From Candidatus Paenalcaligenes intestinipullorum (lineage in GTDB: Bacteria; Pseudomonadota; Gammaproteobacteria; Burkholderiales; Burkholderiaceae_B), in contig DWUQ01000152.1 of assembly GCA_019120675.1 (NCBI GenBank), positions 1 to 62,692 on the forward strand: 62,692 bases of DNA. The letters are read 5' to 3'. How positions within the stretch are numbered: position 1 is the first letter of the stretch; each line of letters begins with the position of its first letter. A model generated the notes under the pieces. That model ran no database searches. It was not told the origin of the DNA and saw nothing but the letters and a program-made list of their open reading frames with translations. The position numbers and the translations under genes were made by a program. Below, piece by piece: positions 10,067 to 18,818 of this stretch.

Positions 10067-10100
10067 CAAGGGGTTAGCTCTATTTTGAGCTAACCCCTTG
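10067..10100 (-). terminator. Hairpin downstream of tRNA-Arg (probable terminator)
   Basis: Perfect 14-bp inverted repeat CAAGGGGTTAGCTC / GAGCTAACCCCTTG immediately 3' of the tRNA. Confidence 0.6.
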
Positions 10101-10107
10101 ATTTGTA

Positions 10108-10184
10108 TGGCGCGGCTGGCAGGATTCGAACCCACGACCCCTTGGTTCGTAGCCAAGTACTCTATCCAACTGAGCTACAGCCGC
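10108..10184 (-). tRNA. tRNA-Arg (ACG)
   Basis: 77-nt cloverleaf GCGGCTG...CAGCCGC-G-CCA; anticodon arm CTTGG-CTACGAA-CCAAG; T loop GTTCGAATC. Confidence 0.97.
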
Positions 10185-10197
10185 TGAAAGAAGTAGA

Positions 10198-10227
10198 ACT
10201 ATAGCACCGTATTTTAAAAGCTGTCAA
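10198..10227 (-). promoter_or_regulatory. sigma-70 promoter of tRNA-Arg
   Basis: TTGACA-N18-TATAGT just upstream of the tRNA. Confidence 0.65.
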
Positions 10228-10324
10228 GTGTAAAAAACTGCTGACGGTGTTTTGGTTCTGGCCTGCTGCAACGGGTGTGTGGCAAGCAGGCAATCCATAA
10301 CTATATAGGGGCCCATACTGGTTG

Positions 10325-10930
10325 TCAAGAGTTAGGGAAAAGTTTTTGTGCGGTTTCAGCAATGTAGCGGCCTTGGTAGCGCGCGCCAGCGAGGTCATTT
10401 TTGGTGGGTTGCCGAGTACCGTCACCGCCTGCAATGGTACTGGCCCCATATGGGCTGCCGCCGATAATCTCGTCCATACGTTTTTGGCCTTCGAAAGAGT
10501 AAGGCAACCCTACTGTGATCATTCCAAAATGCATGAGATTCGTCAGAATGGAGAAGAGGGTGGTTTCTTGGCCACCGTGTTGAGTGCCTGTGCACGTAAA
10601 GGCACCACCAACTTTGCCGCGTAGTGCGTTTTTTGCCCACAAACCGCCTGCTTGATCTAGAAAATTAGCAACTTGTGAGCTCATACGCCCGAAACGCGTA
10701 CCCGTACCAATCACAATCGCATCGTATTCGGTTAAATCTGAAATCTTAGCGATGGGCGCAGGCTGATCCAGCTTGTAGTGTGAGGAAGCAGCTATTGATT
10801 CAGGAACTAGCTCAGGTACCCGCTTAACATCAACATGGGCACCCGCATCTTTGGCGCCTTCAGCGACGGCGTAGGCCAGTTGTTCGATATGGCCATACGA
10901 GGAATAATACAACACAAGAACTTTTGCCAT
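10325..10930 (-). CDS. wrbA: NAD(P)H:quinone oxidoreductase, WrbA type
   Basis: [27 protein letters not shown] and GGSPYGA motifs. Confidence 0.95.
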   Translation of the reverse strand: MAKVLVLYYSSYGHIEQLAYAVAEGAKDAGAHVDVKRVPELVPESIAASSHYKLDQPAPIAKISDLTEYDAIVIGTGTRFGRMSSQVANFLDQAGGLWAKNALRGKVGGAFTCTGTQHGGQETTLFSILTNLMHFGMITVGLPYSFEGQKRMDEIIGGSPYGASTIAGGDGTRQPTKNDLAGARYQGRYIAETAQKLFPNS

Positions 10931-11084
10931 GGTGACACTCCAAAATAAGAAACAGCTTAAGTGAGAGAAAAGGCGGATGTAGCGTTCGGTTGATCGGTCG
11001 GTCTAAGGAATGATTTTTTATTAGCTTAAACAGCTCAGAAATCAATAGATGCGTGATGACGCCGCGTAGCTAAACAGCTTAGAC

Positions 11085-11633
11085 CTAGCTTAGCTGAAAA
11101 GTGTGCTGACTGTGTGCAATAAGTTGTGCCCGATCGTTGTATAAAGTGCTTTCGAGAAACGATACAGTGCGGCCCTTACGCAGGACGACGCTTTCTATAT
11201 GCCCAGCGTGCGCGACCTCTGTATTTGAAAAGCTAACATGGCTGGCGACTTGGTGCCATGAGCCATGCAGTAGATCGGTCACGATAGTGAGCGCTTGGGA
11301 ACGCGATAACGGCCCAGAAAACCGATCCGTGTGGGGGAAGTGCGCCAGTCCGGTCTGAAAATAAGCCACGGCGTTCATGAGCTGTTGGTAAGCCTGCTGC
11401 TGGTGCGCAGTGCCAAGAAAGGAGGGGACCTCACTTGGAGCCATGTGCGTTGTGGTCGCCTTGCGTGGTGTCGAGACAGCGTTTGAGGTTGGGTAGCGCC
11501 ACTGTACGTGCAGACTTCTGTGCGAAGGTGCGAAAGTCGGCGTCTCAATTTGCCAATAAGCTGGGTTCAGCCCGAGTGCTTCAAGATAAAGTGCAAAAAC
11601 TGTATTCATGGTACGACCATCACAAACACCCAC
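11085..11633 (-). CDS. Hotdog-fold (PaaI-like) protein, divergent
   Basis: C-terminal VLRKGRTVSFLESTLYNDRAQLIAHSQHTF fits the PaaI beta-strands; the canonical HGG motif is absent. Start uncertain (ATG at 11609 possible). Confidence 0.5.
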   Translation of the reverse strand: MGVCDGRTMNTVFALYLEALGLNPAYWQIETPTFAPSHRSLHVQWRYPTSNAVSTPRKATTTHMAPSEVPSFLGTAHQQQAYQQLMNAVAYFQTGLAHFPHTDRFSGPLSRSQALTIVTDLLHGSWHQVASHVSFSNTEVAHAGHIESVVLRKGRTVSFLESTLYNDRAQLIAHSQHTFQLS

Positions 11634-11766
11634 GTCTAAGGGCTATTTTAGGTAAGTGACGCCAACTGGCTGGGTAATTGGTTTTTAACGTTAATGTGTG
11701 CGAGCGAGCGCTTCAGCTTCATATTTAAAAATTAGGCCGAGCGCTCTATCCGTTGAACTGGCTTAA

Positions 11767-12876
11767 TTAAGCTTGCGTCGAAGCCTTGTCGAGCTGCTGT
11801 TCGAAATAGTCTAATCGTTCCAAATAGGGCTGTTGTGCCTCGTTGGGTAAAAATGAAGCGGTAATGCTATTACGTGCCAATTGAATAAGCTCAGCACGGC
11901 TGAGGTCTAGGCTCTCAGCCATGACTAAGTAGTTGTCCAGCACGTAGCCACCAAAATACGACGGGTCATCCGAGTTCACCGTAACTTTCACCCCCTGACG
12001 GAGCAAGCGTGCCAAATTATGTTGCCGTAAATCGTCGACGACTTTCAGTTTGAGATTTGAGAGTGGGCAGACGGTTAAAGGCATCTGGCTTTTGATAAGC
12101 GCTTGGATTAGAGCAGGGTCCTCTTCGCTGCGTACACCGTGATCAATCCGATCCACCTTCAGTAGATTGACCGCATCGCTGACATACTGAGCGGGCCCTT
12201 CTTCACCTGCGTGAGCCACCAGCTTAAAGCCAAGCTCTTGGCAACGTTGGTAAACGCGCGCAAATTTTTCGGGTGGGTTACCGCGTTCAGCCGAATCCAG
12301 TCCAATCGCCAGCCATAAATCGCTATACGCTTCACGTAGAGGCAAGGCTTGCTCCAGCGTGTCAAACGCATCGGCTTCGCTTAAATGGCGTAAAAAGCTT
12401 AAAATCCAATAACTGCTGATGCCGAGCTCCGCTTTGGCCTGCCTACAGGCGCGAGCCAGGCCCGCAAACACAGTTTCCATGGCGATGCCACGATGCGTAT
12501 GGGTTTGCGGATCAAACATGATTTCTGTGTGGACCACACCGTCTTCATGAATACGCTGGAAATACGCGTAGGTCATTTCATAGAAGTCGTCTTCGGTGAT
12601 CAAGACCTGAGCACCTGCGTAATACAAATCCAGAAAGGATTGTAAATCTGTAAACTCATAAGCGGCTCTGAGCGTATCGACATCAGCATAAGGTAGAGGA
12701 ATTTGGTTGCGCTGAGCGAGCTGGAAAATAAGCTCCGGCTCGAGTGTGCCCTCAATGTGCAAATGCAGCTCTGCTTTGGGCAGTTGTTGTATAAAAGTAT
12801 GTAAAGAGACTTGTTCAGTGGGCACAGTACACTCCGGTGCAAGTTTAAATAAACGTGGCAAAGTAAACCCTAGCAA
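11767..12876 (-). CDS. Adenine/adenosine deaminase (COG1816)
   Basis: LPKAELHLHIEGTLEPE, VAHAGEE, RIDHG, CPLSN and NSDDP motifs. The true start is probably about 15-20 codons downstream of the ORF-track start. Confidence 0.93.
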   Translation of the reverse strand: MLGFTLPRLFKLAPECTVPTEQVSLHTFIQQLPKAELHLHIEGTLEPELIFQLAQRNQIPLPYADVDTLRAAYEFTDLQSFLDLYYAGAQVLITEDDFYEMTYAYFQRIHEDGVVHTEIMFDPQTHTHRGIAMETVFAGLARACRQAKAELGISSYWILSFLRHLSEADAFDTLEQALPLREAYSDLWLAIGLDSAERGNPPEKFARVYQRCQELGFKLVAHAGEEGPAQYVSDAVNLLKVDRIDHGVRSEEDPALIQALIKSQMPLTVCPLSNLKLKVVDDLRQHNLARLLRQGVKVTVNSDDPSYFGGYVLDNYLVMAESLDLSRAELIQLARNSITASFLPNEAQQPYLERLDYFEQQLDKASTQA

Positions 12877-12990
12877 GCGCTATGCAGGCTCTGAATCTAC
12901 TTGCGCTGCATGGGTGTTTTTGTTGTAGGGTAGGGCCGGCCAAGCTTTGGCTTTGTAACGGCTCATTGAAGTTTTGTTGGAGATCAATTT

Positions 12991-13500
12991 ATGTCGAATG
13001 CAGAAACAAATTACTTACAGCGTGCCGTTGAGCTCGCGGCAGAGAACGTCGAAAAGGGTGGCTTTCCCTTTGGCGCGGTATTGGTATCGGACAGCGGCTG
13101 GGTAACCGAAGCGGTCAACGAGTTTGTAACCGATCACGACCCCACTGCGCACGCCGAGATCCAAGCGTTACGTCATGCCGCGCGCGAGCATGGTGACTTA
13201 GCGAAGTTTAACGACCTAACCATGTATGCCAATGGTAAGCCATGTCCAATGTGTATGGCTGCTATGGTTAACGTGGGGGTGAAAAAAATCGTCTTTGCTG
13301 CAGGCGACGATATTGGTACGCCTTACGGCTGGGACACCAGTGCCTCGTACAACAACATGCGCAATGCGTTTGGTGAGCAAGGGGTCGTGGTGGAGTATGA
13401 GCGTGTGGAACAAGCTAAGGATGTGTATCAGCGTTGGTTTGAGTTGAACCCGACCGAAGCCCAAGCGGATGCTGCTGAAACCACAACGTCAGCGTCCTAA
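12991..13500 (+). CDS. Cytidine-deaminase-fold nucleobase deaminase (guanine deaminase-like)
   Basis: GFPFGAVLV, DPTAHAE and PCPMC zinc motif. Confidence 0.88.
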   Translation: MSNAETNYLQRAVELAAENVEKGGFPFGAVLVSDSGWVTEAVNEFVTDHDPTAHAEIQALRHAAREHGDLAKFNDLTMYANGKPCPMCMAAMVNVGVKKIVFAAGDDIGTPYGWDTSASYNNMRNAFGEQGVVVEYERVEQAKDVYQRWFELNPTEAQADAAETTTSAS

Positions 13501-13512
13501 GCGTTGCCGAAA

Positions 13513-13552
13513 CAGTAGCTGAGGCTGGACCGTATTTCAGCTTCAGCTACTG
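13513..13552. terminator. Hairpin between convergent genes
   Basis: CAGTAGCTGAGGCTG / CAGCTTCAGCTACTG inverted repeat; no strong U tract. Confidence 0.45.
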
Positions 13553-13590
13553 GCTTACAAACCTTAAAACTGAGCCGTCGCCACAGCGGT

Positions 13591-13983
13591 CTATGGATTC
13601 TTAATAAAGCGCTTTGGCATAAAGGCAGCAGCAAAAACTAACAGCCAGCCCGCCACCATCAAGGTGCCGCCTATGGGCGTCACATAACCGAGCCAAGGTG
13701 TGCCCGTCAGCACCAATAAATACAAACTAAAGCTAAATAAGGCTGAACCAATGATGATCACAGGCGCGGCTAAGCGGCCTAAGCGTGGGCTTAGGAAACC
13801 TTGTACAGCGGCCAAGGCTAATAACCCAAGGGCTTGTTTGATTTGATAGTCGGCGGCGGTATGCCAAACCGTTTGCAAATATAACGGTGCGTTTTGAGTT
13901 AATGCGTGTGAGCCCCACGCGCCGGCTGCCACAGAAATCGCAATAAATAACGCTGCAATGCCACATAAAGTTTTAGTTTGCAT
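13591..13983 (-). CDS. DUF423-family membrane protein
   Basis: GAWGSHAL, TAADYQ, LFSFSLY and TPIGG motifs. Confidence 0.88.
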   Translation of the reverse strand: MQTKTLCGIAALFIAISVAAGAWGSHALTQNAPLYLQTVWHTAADYQIKQALGLLALAAVQGFLSPRLGRLAAPVIIIGSALFSFSLYLLVLTGTPWLGYVTPIGGTLMVAGWLLVFAAAFMPKRFIKNP

Positions 13984-14105
13984 AAAATAACGACCATTTA
14001 TAAAACAACAGAGCCCCTATAGTAAGCGTAGTGCGTACGGATGAGAACCGTTTCGTTTATGATGACGATGGGTTTAACGGAAGCTTTTTTGATTTTGGGA
14101 ACAGT

Positions 14106-16343
14106 ATGTCGATTTGGCAGCGTATACGGCGGTGGTATCAACCTTTTATTTTGACGGTGTTTGCCATTGTTGCGGTATCAATCGCTGTAGAGCGTTGCAC
14201 AGTTAACGTTGAGCCGATCAATCGCCCTTATTCGGCCGAAGCCGCTGGGGAAAATATACTGTTTACTGCCTTTACTCAGCGCTCGCCTCGGCATTTAGAT
14301 CCAGCCAAAAGCTACACCACAGACGAAACGCCCTTTACCTATTCCATTTACGAACCATTATATGGCTATCATTATCTGCAGCGACCCTATCAACTCGTGC
14401 CGCGTGCAGCCAGCCATATTGCCGAGCCTAGCTATGTGGATGCTCAAGGCCAACCTCTACCAGACGATGCGCCGGGTGAAGCCATTGCTGAAAGCATTTA
14501 CGATATTCCTATCCAAGCAGGCATTATGTATCAGCCTCATCCAGCATTTGCGCGCGATGAGCAGGGTGGGTATGTGTATTGGCCCTTGGCAGAGGAAGCG
14601 CTCGAAGGCTTTTATGCCATTCCTGACTTTGCGCAGATGGGTACCCGAGAGCTTACCGCTGCGGACTATGAGTATGGGATTAAACGCTTAGCCAGCCCAC
14701 GAGTGGCGTCCCCCATTTATACCACCATGGCTGAGCATATTGTGGGCATGGAGTCGTTTAATAAAACGCTAAATGAGCACAATAAAACGCTGCCGCGTGA
14801 TGCTTGGCTGGATTTACGTGAGTTTCCTTTGGAGGGCGTGCAAGCGCTGGATGACCATACCTTACGTATTCGCATCAAAGGTAAATACCCGCAGTTTAAG
14901 TATTGGTTGGCCATGACCTTTACCGCACCCATCCCTTGGGAGGCGGATCGCTTTTATCACCAGCCCGGCATGGCCGAGCACAATTTGTCCTTAAACACAT
15001 GGCCAGTGGGTACCGGGCCGTATATGTTGACCGAGTCCATTTTGAATCGTCGCCATGTGTTGTCACGCAACCCGTATTTCCGTGGCGAGCCGTATCCTTG
15101 CGAGGGCGAAGCCGCAGATCAAGCAAACGGTTTATTGCAAGACTGCGGTGCACCCACTCCGTTTATCGACCAAGTGGTGTTTACTCTTGAAAAAGAATCC
15201 GTGCCTCTGATGGGTAAATTCCTGCAAGGCTACTACGATATTCCTCAAATTGAGCGCTCGGAATATGGTGTGGCGATGCTGGTGGCAGCGGAAGACTCTG
15301 CGGACAAAGCTGAGCTTTACCAAGAGCGGGCGTTAAAGCTGGACACTTCCCTAGAAGCTCAGGTTTTTTATATGGGCTTTAACATGGCCGATCCTGTCGT
15401 CGGTCATGGCGATACCCCTGAGCAGGCGGAACGCAATCGAGCGTTGCGTCAGGCCATTAGTATTGCTATTGATTGGGAAGAGTACGCCACGCTTTTTCAA
15501 GATGGCCAAGCCGAGGCCGCGCACAGCCCTTTACCGCCAGGCGTGGTGGGTTATGAGCCTTTGCCTGAGGGGTACAACCCCGTAGTGTATGAGCGGCAAG
15601 GCGAGCGTATTCAACGACGTGATTTAGACCAAGCCAAGGCTTTGCTTGCTGAGGCAGGCTATCCCAATGGACGCGATCAACAAACCGGCGCGCCATTGAT
15701 TTTGTATTTTGACTGGACCGGAGGGATGGGGGCGAGTGCGTTAATTGATTGGTTCCGTCGACAGCTGCGTGCCATTGATGTGCAGCTTGAGGTACGGGCG
15801 ACTGATTTTAACCGTTTTCAGGAAAAGCTTGAGCAGGGCTCCGCGCAGTTGTTTTTGCTGGGCTGGGTGGCTGACTACCCCGATGCTGAAAATTTCCTAT
15901 TCCAGTTTTATGGTCCCAAAGCAAAAATGCTGTCTGGCGGAGAAAACTCGGCCAATTATCAAAGTGCCGAGTTTGATGCGTTATTTGATCGGTTGCGCTA
16001 TTTGGATGACGGCCCTGAGAAAACCGGCGTCATTCATCAAATGGTGGCCTTGCTGCAAAATGACGCGCCGTGGATGTTTGGCTATTACCCTAAGTCTGGT
16101 TCGGCTGTACAGTCTTGGGTACACAATGCCAAGCCCACCCAAATGGTGCGTAATACACTGCAATACTTACGCTTAGACCCTGCGCAGCGTGTGCAGCGCC
16201 AACAGCAATGGAATGCACCCGTCCTGTGGCCCTTATGGGTAGGGGCGGGCGTGCTTGTGGTGGCAGCGGTGGGTATTTGGCGTTGGCTGCGTCGTCGAGA
16301 GCATCAGCGTCAAGCCGTCACATTGTCTTCGAAGGGGCTATAA
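14106..16343 (+). CDS. Peptide ABC transporter substrate-binding protein (family 5)
   Basis: LDPA, IYEPLY, PVGTGPY, LRQAISIAID and GWVADYPD motifs. Start taken as ATG 14106 (ORF track 14031). Confidence 0.9.
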   Translation: MSIWQRIRRWYQPFILTVFAIVAVSIAVERCTVNVEPINRPYSAEAAGENILFTAFTQRSPRHLDPAKSYTTDETPFTYSIYEPLYGYHYLQRPYQLVPRAASHIAEPSYVDAQGQPLPDDAPGEAIAESIYDIPIQAGIMYQPHPAFARDEQGGYVYWPLAEEALEGFYAIPDFAQMGTRELTAADYEYGIKRLASPRVASPIYTTMAEHIVGMESFNKTLNEHNKTLPRDAWLDLREFPLEGVQALDDHTLRIRIKGKYPQFKYWLAMTFTAPIPWEADRFYHQPGMAEHNLSLNTWPVGTGPYMLTESILNRRHVLSRNPYFRGEPYPCEGEAADQANGLLQDCGAPTPFIDQVVFTLEKESVPLMGKFLQGYYDIPQIERSEYGVAMLVAAEDSADKAELYQERALKLDTSLEAQVFYMGFNMADPVVGHGDTPEQAERNRALRQAISIAIDWEEYATLFQDGQAEAAHSPLPPGVVGYEPLPEGYNPVVYERQGERIQRRDLDQAKALLAEAGYPNGRDQQTGAPLILYFDWTGGMGASALIDWFRRQLRAIDVQLEVRATDFNRFQEKLEQGSAQLFLLGWVADYPDAENFLFQFYGPKAKMLSGGENSANYQSAEFDALFDRLRYLDDGPEKTGVIHQMVALLQNDAPWMFGYYPKSGSAVQSWVHNAKPTQMVRNTLQYLRLDPAQRVQRQQQWNAPVLWPLWVGAGVLVVAAVGIWRWLRRREHQRQAVTLSSKGL

Positions 16344-17324
16344 ATGCTGCGTTATATCTGTCGTCGATTAGCCTATGGAGTGGTGATTCTTCTAGGGGTT
16401 AATCTGTTAACCTTTTTGCTGTTTTTTACGGTGAATACACCGGATGATATGGCTCGAATGGCGATTGGCGGACAGCGAGCGAGCCCCGAAGCGATTCAAG
16501 TTTGGAAGGTAGAACACGGCTACGACAAGCCTTTGTTTTACGATGCCTCACAAACGGGCAAAGCGGCTTTCACGCACACGATTTTTTATGAGCGCTCGGT
16601 GCCGCTATTACGCTTTGACTTTGGCTTTTCTGACTCCGGCCACGATATCAGCCATGAAATTCAACAACGTATGTGGCCCAGTTTAGCGTTGGTGCTGCCT
16701 ACGTTCGTATTAGGCTTGATGGTATCGGTGGCGGTAGCCTTGCTGTTAGTGTTTGTGCGAGGGTCCAGCTTGGATTTTGCTGGGGTGGTGGCGTGTGTGC
16801 TGCTGCTGTCGATCTCAGGTTTGTTTTATATTATCGCAGGGCAGTGGCTGTTTGCTAAGGTCTTGCGCTGGGTGCCGTACTCCGGTTGGCAAGAGGGCTG
16901 GTTGACCAATGTGCGCTTTTTAATTCTACCGGTAGCGATCGGTATTTTGGCCAAGTTGGGGGCGGAGGCTCGCTTTTATCGTAGTCTATTTCTCGAAGAA
17001 GCTTACAAGGATTACATTCGTACCGCACGCGCTAAAGGCCTAGCTGAGCATTGGGTGCTGCTGCGTCACCTATTGCCGAACGCGATGTTGCCGATTCTCA
17101 CCAGTACGGTTTCTGCCATTCCATTACTGTTTATGGGAAGCCTAATTATGGAGTCCTTTTTTGGGATTCCTGGCTTGGGTAGTTATACCATTGATGCCAT
17201 TAACGCTCAGGATTTATCCGTTGTACGAGCGATGGTGTTTTTAGGCGCCGCCTTATATATTGTGGGCCTAATTCTGGCCGATATTTCCTATACGTTGGTG
17301 GATCCACGTGTGCGTTTTGAGTAA
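16344..17324 (+). CDS. Peptide ABC transporter permease (OppB/DppB-like)
   Basis: FDFG.S, EAA loop DYIRTARAKGL, and ADISYTLVDPRV. Confidence 0.92.
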   Translation: MLRYICRRLAYGVVILLGVNLLTFLLFFTVNTPDDMARMAIGGQRASPEAIQVWKVEHGYDKPLFYDASQTGKAAFTHTIFYERSVPLLRFDFGFSDSGHDISHEIQQRMWPSLALVLPTFVLGLMVSVAVALLLVFVRGSSLDFAGVVACVLLLSISGLFYIIAGQWLFAKVLRWVPYSGWQEGWLTNVRFLILPVAIGILAKLGAEARFYRSLFLEEAYKDYIRTARAKGLAEHWVLLRHLLPNAMLPILTSTVSAIPLLFMGSLIMESFFGIPGLGSYTIDAINAQDLSVVRAMVFLGAALYIVGLILADISYTLVDPRVRFE

Positions 17325-17339
17325 AGGTCTCGTTCCGTC

Positions 17340-18818
17340 ATGACTATGCCGCAATTTAGTTTCTTTTGGACAGACGTATTTTTGTGGGGGGCGACCTTAT
17401 TAGCAGGCTTATATGGGTGGCATGTGCGCCGATCCAGTGTGTTGAGGGCGACTTGGTCACGCGTCTGGGCGTCACCGGCAGCCTGCTCGGCAGGCGTGTT
17501 TCTGTTGTTTTTTGTGGGCGTGGCGTTGCTGGATTCGATTCATTATCGTCCTGCCTTACCCAAGCTCAATGATGACCCTCAGGCCGTGCAACGCTACTCA
17601 CCTATTGCACGTTCGGTTTTAGATGAGCTCTTAGAGCGCAGTGGTGTTCAGAAAAACGAGCGCAGTTACTCTGCACCGTTAGCCCTCCATTTGTTCCATA
17701 AAGAGTCTATTCAGCAGGGCGATACCGTAGTGCGTGATTTTCCGCCCTTGCTTCAGGGGGCTAAGGGTATTACCACGTCCCAAGAGCGGCGAGCGGAGCT
17801 GAGAGTACAGTTAAGTGTTGGCGTATTGGTGGCGTTGCTGTGGTTAGCAAAATTTGCCAGCCTTCTAACCTGGCAAGTTCATCGACGTGCGCAGGAGCCT
17901 CTGAAGTGGCACCAGGCGGTGCGATTATGGCTAGGCAGAGAGTCTCGTTACCCATCGTTGCGAGCTGTTTGGCTTAGCGTGGGGGTATTGGTGTTGCTGC
18001 TCAGCTGTTGGGTGGCGATGAGTCAAAATTATTATGTGTTGGGTACGGATCGTTCGGGCAATGATGTGGTGATTCAGGCACTAAAAAGTGTTCGCACGGC
18101 AATGGTAATTGGTACCCTAACCACCGTTGCGATGCTGCCACCAGCTATTATTTTTGGGGTGGCAGCCGGCTACTTCAAAGGCTGGGTGGATGATCTAATT
18201 CAATATTTATACACCACCTTAACTTCCATCCCCGGTGTGTTGTTGATTGCGGCGTGTGTGTTGATGATGCAAGTTTATATCGAAGCTCATCCCGAGCTTT
18301 TTGATACGATTGCAGCCCGTGCCGATTTACGACTGTTTATGCTGTGTTTGATTTTAGGCCTAACCGGTTGGTCGGGCTTGTGTCGGCTGCTGCGTGCGGA
18401 AACCCTTAAGCTGCGTGAGCTCGACTATGTTCAAGCCGCCAAGGCCTTTGGGGTTGGGCATATGGGCATTATGGTGCGGCATATTTTCCCTAATTTGTTG
18501 CATATTGTGTTGATTACGATGGTATTGGAGTTTTCTGGCTTAGTGTTGTACGAGGCCATTTTGTCTTATTTGGGTATAGGCGTAGACCCCAGCATGCCCT
18601 CTTTTGGCACCATGATTGATGCCTCCCGTTTGGAGATGTCACGTGACCCAATGATTTGGTGGAACCTATTGGCAGCGTTTGCGTTTTTATTAGTGTTGGT
18701 GTTGTCAGCTAATATTTTTGCAGACGCGGTACAGCAAGCCTTTGACCCTCGTGCGCAGCGCTTTTCGACACGTTGGCTGCGTCGTTTATCCCGCACCTCT
18801 ACCAAGGCCATGCCATGA
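17340..18818 (+). CDS. Peptide ABC transporter permease (OppC/DppC-like)
   Basis: LGTDRSGND, DYVQAAKAFG and FADAVQQAFDPR. Confidence 0.92.
   Translation: MTMPQFSFFWTDVFLWGATLLAGLYGWHVRRSSVLRATWSRVWASPAACSAGVFLLFFVGVALLDSIHYRPALPKLNDDPQAVQRYSPIARSVLDELLERSGVQKNERSYSAPLALHLFHKESIQQGDTVVRDFPPLLQGAKGITTSQERRAELRVQLSVGVLVALLWLAKFASLLTWQVHRRAQEPLKWHQAVRLWLGRESRYPSLRAVWLSVGVLVLLLSCWVAMSQNYYVLGTDRSGNDVVIQALKSVRTAMVIGTLTTVAMLPPAIIFGVAAGYFKGWVDDLIQYLYTTLTSIPGVLLIAACVLMMQVYIEAHPELFDTIAARADLRLFMLCLILGLTGWSGLCRLLRAETLKLRELDYVQAAKAFGVGHMGIMVRHIFPNLLHIVLITMVLEFSGLVLYEAILSYLGIGVDPSMPSFGTMIDASRLEMSRDPMIWWNLLAAFAFLLVLVLSANIFADAVQQAFDPRAQRFSTRWLRRLSRTSTKAMP

Noticed and set aside
9836-10093. 85-aa plus-strand ORF beside the tRNA, considered as an integrase or transposase remnant
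   Set aside because: No tyrosine-recombinase or DDE motif could be recognised.
9941-10156. ORFs overlapping tRNA-Arg and its promoter (also 10162-10449)
   Set aside because: They are translations of tRNA or promoter sequence.
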